A stretch of DNA of 62,785 bases, counting the filler, from Chiloscyllium plagiosum (Eukaryota): the NCBI RefSeq assembly GCF_004010195.1. It is 5 parts of one record of this genome, joined end to end, with 100 filler letters (N's around TTAATTAATTAA, not from the genome) between each part and the next. Parts side by side here need not be neighbours in the genome. Positions count along the whole stretch, not along the records: positions 51,523 to 58,374 come from NC_057712.1; positions 58,475 to 62,785 come from NC_057712.1; 3 more parts are not named here. One strand, 5' to 3'. A program made the translations under genes and the position numbers. Below the pieces are notes generated by a model. The model was not told the origin of the DNA. It saw only the letters and a program-made list of their open reading frames with translations, and searched no databases. Below, piece by piece: positions 52,190-62,785 of this stretch. Position 1 is the first letter of the stretch; each line of letters starts with the position of its first letter.

Positions 52190-52685
52190 AACATAGAAAC
52201 AGAGAAAATAGAAGCAGGAGACCATTCACCATTCAGTATGATCATGGCTGATCATCCAACTCAGTTCCTTGTTCCCATTTTCCTTCTTTGACATCTTTAG
52301 CCCTAAGAACTATATCTAACTGCTTTTTGAAAACATTCAATGTTTGGGCCTCAGCTGCTTTCTGTGGCAGAAAGTTCCACAGGCTCACCACTCTCTGGGT
52401 GGAGACATTTTTCCTCATCTCAGTCCTAAACTTTATCCCTGGACTGTGACCCCTGGGGGGTGTCTGGATTCCTTAGTCCTGTGTTCAACTCTGACTAGTT
52501 CTGTTAGAATTGTATACGTTTCTGTGATTTCCCCCTCATTCATCTAAAACACCTATGAATATAGTCTGAACTGATCCAGTCTGTCTTCATGAATCAGTCC
52601 TGCCTCCCCAGGCATCAATCAGGTAAATCTTCACCATGATACTCCAAATGTGGTCTCACAAAGACCCTGTGCAATTGCAGAAAGG
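52190..52685 (-). mobile_element. CR1 LINE 3' end
   Basis: GAAACATAGAAAC tail and 3'UTR. Confidence 0.7.
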
Positions 52686-53495
52686 TGTATCTGTGTATCC
52701 TGGACTTTCTGAATTTCCTGACCATGGCTTTCCACTCCTGCATATATATCCCACCCTAGAGGAAAGAGGTGATGGCTGGATCTCCTGTATCACCTATGAT
52801 CCTGTGGAAAGTTGCAACTCTTCACCTCAATTTTTAACAAGGTAAAGAAAATCTTCATTTAGTGCAGCATTGCCCATATTTTCTCCTTACTATTGCAGTC
52901 CACAGCTGGATTGCTTTCTGGAGTATGTTTTCACACATTCCAACACCATGACTGAAGCACATCAAGACGTTAATTTAATCATCTGGTATGCTGTGGTTGT
53001 TGTATTCTTTTGCCCGTGGATTTATTTGGCTAATCATAAACTGATGTTTTAACACCAGTGCGATTCATGCTCGATGCGTTGGTGGTCTCTGTTCTGAGTG
53101 AACACAAACCTGAATGAGTCTCTGCACAATGATACAGGAAAGAAAGGCCAGCATATCTCTCGCCTGGACTCCCTGAGATTATTTCGCAAGTTTGCAAATG
53201 TAATGATGACACAACATGGGTTGTAAGGTGAGCGGCTGACATTCAGGGAGAGAGGGAGGTGTTCTGTGGTCAAACTGAGATGTCTGTGGTAGTGAAAGGG
53301 TGGGGAATTGAAGTTATGCTTTATCAAGCGTCGATCCTCTCCTAGCCTGGTTCAGCTAGGTAGCTGTGCTTCACTCTGTTCTCAGCCCAGCCCAGGGTAA
53401 AAATAACATATGGGCAAGTACATTGCTGCCTGTGTAAGACATCACTGGCTGGCCATTTCCTTATAGAGAACTTTGTAAATAACCAGGCCAAATTT

Positions 53496-54420
53496 ATAGA
53501 CAATAGACAATAGATGCAGGAGTAGGCCATTCTGCCCTTTGAGCCAGCACCACCATTCATTATGATCATGGCTGATCATCCTCAATCAGTATCCTGTTCC
53601 TGCCTTATCCCCATAACCCTTGATTCCACTATCTTTAAGAGCTCTATCCAACTCTTTTTTGAAAATATCCAGAGACTTGGCCTCCACAGCCTTCTGGGGC
53701 AGAGCATTCCATACACCCACCAGTCTCTGGGTGAAGAAGGTTCTCTACAGATCTGTTCTAAGTGGCCTACCCCTTATTTTTAAACAGTGTCCTCTGGTTC
53801 GGGACTCACCCATCAGCAGAAACATGCTTCCTGCCTCCAGAGTGTCCAATCCTTTAATAATCTTATACGTCTCAATCAGATCCTCTCTCATCCTTCTAAA
53901 CTCAAGTGTATACAAGCCCAGTTGCTCCAATGTTTCAGCGTAAGATAGTCCTGCCATTCTGGGAATTGACCTCGTGAACCTACGCTGCACTCCCTCAATA
54001 GCTAGAATGTCTTTCCTCAAATTTGGAGACCAAAACTGCGCACAATATTCCAGGTGCGGTCTCGCCAGGGCCCTGTACAGCTGCCGAAGGACCTCTTTGC
54101 TTCTATACTCAATTCCTCTTGTTATGAAGGCCAGCATGCTATTAGCTTTCTTCACTGCCTGCTGTACCTGCATGCTTGCTTTCATTGACTGCTGTACAAG
54201 AACACCTAGATCTTGTTGTACTGCCCCTTTACCTAACTTGACTCCATTTAGGTAGTAATCTGCCTTCCTGCTCTTGCCACCAAAGTGGATAACCACACAT
54301 TTATCCACATTAAACTGCATCTGCCATGCATCCGTCCACTCACCTAGCCTGTCTAGGACACCCTGTATCCTCCTAACATCCTCCTCACATTTCATCCTGC
54401 CACCCAGCTTTGTGTCATTT
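53496..54420 (-). mobile_element. CR1 LINE 3' portion with a 216-aa open RT C-terminus
   Basis: ORF 53745..54395 (WQMQFNVDKC, RPHLEYCAQFWSP); tail TAGACAATAGACAATAG. Confidence 0.9.
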
Positions 54421-55395
54421 AGCTGCCCAAACGCCCTCTTTATTTGCCAGATGAATAAGGTTAAAGTAATTTCCTACACATTAATGTTTACGATGGAATC
54501 ATGTAAATGTGTGACATTGTGGGTGGGATATTTGGTCATTGTGTCTGCACTGATTAAAAAGAAAGAGCTACAGAGCCTCATCCCATTTCTCATCTCTTGG
54601 CCTGTTGCTTTGTAGCTTAGTATACATGCAGGTATGTGATGATGGTTTCTGCTTCAACATGCTCAAAGGTAACAAATTTCTGATCCTGTCTGAATGAAAA
54701 CATTGTTCCTCACCTCCCTTATATTTTTAAAAATTCATTCATGGAATAAGGGCATTGCTGGCTAGGCCAACGCTTATTGCCTGTCCCCAATTAACCAGAG
54801 GGCAGGGGATGGGGGATGGTGGGCGTGGCATTGTTAGTCAAGGACAGTATTACAGTTGCAGAAAGGACATTTGAGGACTTATCAACTGAGGTATTACAAT
54901 GGATTTATGGTCATCATTAGGGTCTTAATTCCAATTATTTATTGAATTCAAATTCCACCATCTGCCATGGTAGGATTCGAATGCATGTCCCAGAACATTA
55001 ATGGGGTCTCTGGATTAGTAGAGTCATAGAGATGTACAGCATGGAAACAGACCCTTCGGTCCAACCCGTCCATGCCGACCAGATATCCCAACCCAATCTA
55101 GTCCCACCTGCCAGCACCCGGCCCATGTCCCTCCAAACCCTCCTATTCACAGCAATAATACCACCAGGCCGTTGCCTACCTCAATTATCAATTAGCTTAC
55201 ATCTATGAAAAACACAAAAAATGCTAGAGAAACATAGCAGGTCTGGCAGCATCTGTCAAGAGAGAAACAGTTAAAGAGAGGGACGGTTTAAGTCTGGTGT
55301 GACTTTTCCACAGAACTGAAGAAGTCATGTCAGACTCTAAACTTTAACTCTGCTTTTCTCTCTCCTCAGATGTTGCCAGACCATAAGACAAAAGA

Positions 55396-55744
55396 GCTGA
55401 AAAATGTGTTGCTGGAAAAGCGCAGCAGGTCAGGCAGTATCCAAGGAGCAGGAGACAGAGTGATTGGGAAGGATCTACAAAAGATCAGTAACTGAAGCAG
55501 AGGTTTAAACTCTTGAATAAAAGCAAAATACTGCAGATGCTGGAAATCTGAAACAAATGCAGAGAATGCTGGAGAAACTCAGCAGGCCCCAGAAATGAAA
55601 AGCTTAACATATGAGAAATGTTTGACGACTCTGGGTTTATACTCGATGGAGATTAGAAAGATAAGGGGGAATCTCATTGAAACATGCAGAATACAGAATC
55701 ACATTTTCAGCTCTGATCTCCAGCATCTGCAGTCCTCACTTTCT
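55396..55744. mobile_element. Penelope family A insertion carrying an inverted copy of downstream DNA
   Basis: 15-bp TSD CCATAAGACAAAAGA at 55381-55395 and 55745-55759; 55453-55699 is the reverse complement of 56090-56337. Confidence 0.8.
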
Positions 55745-56627
55745 CCATAAGACAAAAGAACAGAACTTAAGCGCATAAGCCCATGGAGTCTGCTCTGCCA
55801 TTCAATCATGGCTGATTAGCATCGCCATCCCATTCTCCTCATTTCTTCCCGTAACCCTTGATCCCCTTGATATTAAAGAACCTATCTATCTCAGTCTTAA
55901 ATGTACTCAGTAACCTGGCCTCCACAGCCTTCTGTGGCAGTGAATTCATTGGATCCACCACTCTCTGGCTGAAGAAGTTTCATCTTATCTCCGTTCTAAA
56001 AGTCTTCCCTTTACTCTCAGTCTCTGCCCTCGAGTCCTGGTCTCTCCTACCAATGGAAACATCTACCCAACATCAATTCTGTCCAGGCCATTCTGTATTC
56101 TGCATGTTTCAATGAGATTCCCCCTTATCTTTCTAATCTCCATCGAGTATAAACCCAGAGTCGTCAAACATTTCTCATATGTTAAGCTTTTCATTTCTGG
56201 GGCCTGCTGAGTTTCTCCAGCATTCTCTGCATTTGTTTCAGATTTCCAGCATCTGCAGTATTTTTACTTTTATTCAAGAGTTTAAACCTCTGCTTCAGTT
56301 ACTGATCTTTTGTAGATCCTTCCCAATCACTCTGTCTAGTTTTATTATAATTTTGTATTCCTCAACTTGATAATTAAAGCTCTTCACCAGTCTCTATTGT
56401 TTCAAAGGAAACAAATCTAGTCTGTGAAATCTTTTCTCATAATTAGCTTTCTCCAGTCCTGACAATCATGTTGTAAATTTCCTCCATGCTAAATTACCCT
56501 CTCTTCTGAAACCCTTCCTACCTATAATATGGTGACCTCAGCTATCTAAATATTCTACCAGTGGCGTAATAATGTTTGATGAGGTTCTAGCATACCCCTT
56601 TTACTCTTATATGCTATGACCCAATTT

Positions 56628-57105
56628 GGAGGTGCCAGTGTTGGACTGGGATGTACAAAGTTAAAAATCACACAGCGCCAGAGACCGGGGTTCAATTCCC
56701 GACTCAGGCGACTGACTGTGTGGAGTTTGCACATTCTCCCCGTGTCTGCGTGGGTTTCCTCCGGGTGCTCCGGTTTCCTCCCACAGTCCAAAGATGTGCA
56801 GGTCAGGCGAATTGGCCATGCTAAATTGCCCGTAGTGTTAGGTAAGGGGTAAATGTAGGGGAATGGGTGGGTTGCACTTCGGCGGGTCGGTGTGGACTTG
56901 TTGGGCTGAAGGGCCTGTTTCCACACTGTAAGTAATCTAAATAAAAAACAGGTTATAGTCCAACAGGTTTATTTGGAAGCACTAGCTTTCAGAACGCTGC
57001 TTCTTTATCAAGTGGTTGTCAATCATCTGATGAAGGAGCAGTGCTCTGAAAGCTAATGCTTCCAAATAAACCTGTTGGACTATAACCTGCTGTTGTGTGA
57101 TTTTT
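56628..57105. mobile_element. Penelope family B fold-back interrupted by an HE1 SINE (56671-56946)
   Basis: Family B arms and a hammerhead at 57024-57058; HE1 core inside. Confidence 0.82.
57024..57058 (+). ncRNA. Minimal type I hammerhead ribozyme (family B)
   Basis: CAT-CTGATGA-A-GGAGC-AGT-GCTCT-GAAAG-CTA-ATG: stem I CAT/ATG, palindromic AGCT stem III, CUA triplet. Confidence 0.7.
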
Positions 57106-57597
57106 AATAATCTATGACCCAGCTGACAAAGGGAAATTTCCCATTATGCCGTCTTCTGCAAATGTCACTTGATGTGGTGAATTTCTCTTTATTTTCATTG
57201 TGTGCAATTTGTACTGTAATCCAACATTGTGTGAAAATGTAAACATTGCATAAACAGAGTTCTAAGAGTTTACTACATTTAACTGGTCCCAAATATTATG
57301 TGCACTCAAGGTGGCCTAGCAATCGGGACAGGGCTTGTTGCAAGAGTTTCAATAGGTCATTGAAGAAGTGTTCAAAGCTGATAGGCAGTGAGACTGGAAG
57401 CCATTGTGAGTGTTATGGAGATAAAACAGAAACCACAATAAGCAGAGTTGGAACATAAGAACATTAGAACTAGGAGGAGGAGTAGGCCATCTGACCCCTT
57501 CAGCCTGCTCTACCATTCAATACGATAATGGCTGATCTATTTGTGTACTCAGCTCCACTTACCCATCCATTCACCATAACCCTTAATTCCTTTACTT

Positions 57598-58374
57598 AGA
57601 GTCATAGAGTCATAGAGATGTACAGCATGGAAACAGACCCTTCAACCTGTCCATGCCGACCAGATATCTCAACCTAATCTAGTCCCACCGGCCAGCACCC
57701 GGCCCATATCCCTCCAAACCCTTCCTATTCATATACCCATCCAAATGCCTCTTAAATGTCTCAATTGTACCAGCCTCCACCACATCCTCTGGCAGCTCAT
57801 TCCATACACATATCACCCTCTGCGTGAAAAAGTTGCCCCTTAGGTTTCTTTTATATCTTTCCCCTCTCACCCTCAACCTATGCCCTCTAGTTCTGGACTC
57901 CCTGACCCCAGGGAAAAGACTTTGTCTATTTATCCTATCCATGCCCCTAAAGATTTTGTAAACCTCTATGAGGTCACCCCTCAGCCTCTGATGGTCCAGG
58001 GAAAACAGCCCCAGCCTGTTCAGCCTCTCCCTGTAGCTCAAATCCTCCAACCCTGGCAACATCCTTGTAAATCTTTTCTGAACCCTTTCAAGTTTCACAA
58101 CATCTTTCCGATAGGAAGGAGACCAGAATTGCATGCAATATTCCAACAGTGGCCTAACCAATGTCCTGTACAGCCGCAACATGACCTCCCAACTCCTATA
58201 CTCAATACTCTGACCAATAAAGGAAAGTATATCAAACGCCTTCTTCACTATCCTATCTACCTACGACTCCACTTTCAAGGAGCTATGAACCTGCACTCCA
58301 AGGTCTCTTTGTTCAGCAACACTCCCTAGGACCTTACCATTAAGTGAATAAGTCCTGCTAAGATTTGCTTTCTC
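57598..58374 (-). mobile_element. Young CR1 LINE 3' end
   Basis: ORF 57679..58248 is an open 189-aa RT C-terminus; (AGAGTCAT)n tail. Confidence 0.92.
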
Positions 58375-58474
58375 NNNNNNNNNNNNNNNNNNNNNNNNNN
58401 NNNNNNNNNNNNNNNNNNTTAATTAATTAANNNNNNNNNNNNNNNNNNNNNNNNNNNNNNNNNNNNNNNNNNNN

Positions 58475-60531
58475 CCAACCATCACACAGACCAACCATCG
58501 CACAGACCAACCATTGCACAAACCAACCATCATACAGACCAACCATCGCACAGACCAAACATCACACAGATCAACCATCAAACAGACCAACCATCTTACA
58601 AACCAACCATCGTACAGACCAACCATTGCACAGTCCAACCATTGAACAGACCAAACATCACACAGACCAACCGTTGTACAGATGAACCATCGCACAGGCT
58701 AACCATCGCACAGACCAAACGTTGCAGAGACTAACCATCACACAGTCCAACCACTGCCCAGACCAACCATCAAACAGACCACCCATTGCATAGTTCAAGC
58801 ATTGAACACACCAACCATCACACAGACCAACATTTGCACAGACCAACCATTGCACAGACCAAACATTGTACAGACCAACCATCACACAGATCATCCACCA
58901 TACAGATGCAACCATCTCACAGACTAACCATCGCCCAGGTCAATCATCGCAAAGACCAACCATCACACAGACCCAACCATCGCAAAGACTAACCATTGCA
59001 CAGACCAACCATCACAGAGACCAATCATTGTACAGTACAACCACTGTACCGACTAACCATTGCACAGACTAACCATCACACAGACCATCCACCACACAGA
59101 CCCAACCATCACACAGACCATTGTACAGACCCAACCATTGCACACACCAACCATTGAACAGTCCAACCATCACACAGACTAACCATCGCACAGACCAACC
59201 ATCACACAGACCAACCACTGAACAGTCCCAACCATCACATTGACCAACCATTGAACAGTCCAACCATCATACAGACCAACCAACCCACAGACCAACCATC
59301 GCACAGACCAACCATCTCATGCACCAATCATTGCACAGACCGACCATTGCACAGAACAAATATTGTACAGACTAACCATCCCACAGACCAACTATCACAC
59401 AGATCAACCATCGCACAGCCCAACCATCACACAGACCAACCATCGCATGGACCCAACCATCGCACAGCCCAACCATCGCACAGACCAACCATCGCACAGA
59501 CCAAACGTCGCACAGACCAACCATCATACAGACGAATCATAGCATTGACCACCAATCACACAGACCCAACAATCACACAGACCAACCATCGCATAGACCA
59601 ACCATCGCACAGATCAACCATCGCACAGTCCAACTATTGCACAGACCAAGCCTGACACAGACCAACCATCACATAGACGAATCAATGCACAGTCCAACTG
59701 TTGCACAGACCAACTATTGGACAGACCAGCCATTGCACAGACCAACCATCACAGAGAGCAACCATTGCACAGTCCAACCATCGCACAGACCAACTATTGC
59801 ACGGACCAACTATCACACAGATCAACCATCGCACAGCCCAATCATCACACAGACTAACCATCGCATGGACCCAACCATCGCACAGACCAACCATCATACA
59901 AACTAATCATTGCACAGACCAACCATCACAGAGAGCAACCATCGCACAGTCCAACCATCGCATGGACCCAACCATCGCACAGACCAACCATCATACAGAC
60001 TAATCATCACACAGACCAACGATCAGACAGACCCAACTATCACACAGACTAACCATCACATAGACCAACCATCGCACAGACCAACCATCGTACAGACCAA
60101 CCATCGCACTGTCCAGCTATCGCACAGACCAACCATCTCAGAGAGCAACCATCGCAAAGACCAACCATTGCACAGACCAACCATCACACAGACCAACCGT
60201 CACACAGGCCAACCATCTCACAGGCCAACCATCGCACAGAACAACCATTGTACAGACTAATCATCGCACAGACGAACCATCACACAGACCCAATCATCAC
60301 ACAGACCAACCATCGCACCGACCAACCATCAGATAGACCCAGCCATCGCACAGACCAACCAGCACAGAGATCAACCATCACACAGTCCAACCACTGCACT
60401 GACCAACCATTGCACAGACCAATCATCGCTCAGACCAACCATCATACTGACCAATCATCGCATCGACCACCCATCATACAGACCAATCAGCGCTCAGACC
60501 AAAGCATCACATAGACCATCCATCGCACAGA
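58475..60531. repeat. Minisatellite, ~16-bp unit ACCAACCATC(A/G)CACAG
   Basis: About 2 kb of degenerate tandem copies, seen directly. Confidence 0.95.
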
Positions 60532-60609
60532 TCTGTGGTGATTTGGAGGGGGACATGCAGGTGGTGGTAATTCCATTTACCTGCTGTCCTTATCCTTTGT
60601 GACGGAACT

Positions 60610-61200
60610 TCGTGAGGGATTAGAAGATTCTGTCTGAGGAGCTTTATGGAGCACATCCAGGGGATATTCCACCACATCGGGCTGGGGTAATGTATTAGCT
60701 TGGATTGAGTCTTGGTGAACCAACAGAAAGCAGGGAGTTGGGATAAATGTTTCTAGTTGGCAAGATGCAACTGCTGGCTTATTACAGGGTTCAGAACATA
60801 GCATCAAACTAATTACAAATGGTATTAATGCAGGGATAGAAATGATTAAAAAACAATTTGGAGTTGACACTAAAATAGGTGGGAAAATAAGTTGTAATGA
60901 AATTTATAAGTGAACAGCCTAAATTGGGCAGCTATGAGTTTAAAGTGGATAGGTGTGTGGTTACTCACCTTGTGAGGAGAAACAGAAAGGCAACTTATGC
61001 TGTAAATGGAGAGAAACTTCAGAGCACTTTGATGCCGGGGGTTTGGGTGTCTTCATGTTAGAATTTCAGGAAGCTAGCGTGCAGGTACGGGAAAAGGCAT
61101 TTTGACATTTATTATGTAAGGATTGCAGGATAAAAGGTGCTGAAGAGGTGCTGAAACTGTACAAGGCATTTGTGAGACTGCACCTGGGCCACTGCGAAAC
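60610..61200 (+). mobile_element. Highly decayed CR1 LINE RT fragment
   Basis: WIESW, DTKIGG, LYKAFVRLHL remnants. Confidence 0.65.
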
Positions 61201-62785
61201 TGAAAGCCATTCCACACACACACCAACCTTTGAGCCACACATGTAACTCTTTGACTTTATATCCCCAGTGTCAGTTTGCCCAGGCTCATGTACACAGTGG
61301 GCTAAATATCCTCTATTGCAGGATCATTCTCTGAAATAGGAGAAGTATTACTTTTAATCTTCAATACATCGATACATACACTTCACTGAAACGTGGAAGG
61401 CTGTACATAATGTTAAAATTGTGATGTGAGCAATGAGAGAATAGAACAGGAGACCAAGGGTTGTGATGCATCACCCTCTTTATTCCACAGTGAGAATACA
61501 TTCCCAGCAGTTAGAAAAACACTGACAAACACTGACTTGAAGACAATGGCTTCTTCACTCCACACGAGAAGCCTGTGAATGAACGGCCTGTTAACAGGAA
61601 TCATATTGGAATAATTCATTTCTTCAATCACACATTCAGTCAGTCTATATGTGGGTGGGAGCTCCCAGTGTGGGTGGGAGGAGGTCTGAAGCTGAATTTT
61701 ATTCTAACGTCAGACTCTGGATTCTGATTTCACTTTGGGATTCTTTCTCCATTTCAGGGACCAGTTTGAAGCTGCTTCATTCCTGATTCCCAAAATCTTC
61801 CACTTGTACTTCCTCACCTGGATCCAGCTGTTTTCTGAACCTGCACTGACCTGAGTAAAACTGAACTGGATTGAAAAACAACCTTTCTCCTCATTCCCAG
61901 CACAATGTCCAGTGTGTGATCATCAGGAATGTCAGGAAAAGGGAATATTCTACTGCCCACATAAAGGGTGGAATTTTCACCCTGGCCTGGTGTTCCTGAC
62001 AGTGTCCCCCATTTCCACTCTCTTCCTTCTTGTTGGTTCCAGTACAAATGTAAATTCCTCCAGTGAGACTGGGAACACATTCCTCATGTATTTAGAATTC
62101 TCTGTGTGTCTGGATGTTTCTGGTTCCAACTGCAAGACCCTCACCCTCCTCCAGGCTCCAGTCCACATCCCTCATCCTCCTCTCACTGACCCTTGCTGTC
62201 CTGAGCCTCAATGTAAGCTCCCACTCTCCTGCCCCCTTCCCTTATGCTGCAGAGTTCAACAAGTGAAACCTCTGACCCCAGACACAACAGCACAAAGCTG
62301 ACTGATTCTTGTGTGTGACTAACTTTCGGATAAAGGTGAGACATAATTCCAAAAGGGTCACAACAATGAGTATTGATGGAATACAAATCCATTCCATGTA
62401 GGAATACTCCACAGGGCAGTTCCAGCACCAACCAACCTCAAACAACCAGGCTCTGTAATCCCTCCCACTGTCAATGAGCTCTGACCACATCAACGTGAAA
62501 CATTCTGACCCAGCATGACTGAGATTAAACAGAAATATAATCCATCACCAGAACCTTCCTGTCTCAGGATGTGCACAATTCATTCTTTTCAAACAAGATT
62601 AGAGAAAAGAACATTTAATCCCTGCTTCCCAGTGAAGGACCCAGCTCCCCATCTACAATTGAATTTAACCCTCTATACGTGCTGGAAGAAGTCTTTAAAC
62701 TGATGTCACCAATGCCCAAATGAATCTGAAACACTGAGCAATAATTTAGTTTTGAAGAGAAATCCTCACTATAAAGGATATTAAA

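Noticed and set aside
58423..60514. CRISPR-like array, or repetitive Thr/Gln/His- and Trp/Cys-rich proteins
   Set aside because: Contiguous degenerate tandem units with no unique spacers and no cas genes; the ORFs are translations of the minisatellite.
61814..62493. Immune-gene exon (Ig or NLR/FIIND-like)
   Set aside because: No diagnostic motifs in any frame, and stops interrupt all frames.

Overview
This is eukaryotic, repeat-dense, non-coding DNA from a cartilaginous fish. The taxon is inferred from HE1-type SINEs, shark-type CR1 LINEs and a Deu-domain SINE. I could not identify any intact host protein-coding gene. Most ORF-track entries are fragments of CR1 ORF1/ORF2, Penelope GIY-YIG endonucleases, or translations of N gaps and satellites. 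Contents: many nested CR1 LINE copies, one near full length; three families of Penelope-like elements, each with a minimal type I hammerhead ribozyme core, often as short fold-back insertions with 13-16 bp target-site duplications (TSDs); a decayed Ty1/copia (GalEa-like) retrotransposon; two solo LTRs with 4-bp TSDs; a tRNA-headed LINE with short derivatives; a 16-bp minisatellite; and several repeat-free islands that look like conserved non-coding elements. The window has two long N gaps and four artificial N-TTAATTAATTAA-N linkers, so adjacency across them is not guaranteed. Repeat boundaries are approximate unless a TSD or terminal motif is quoted.
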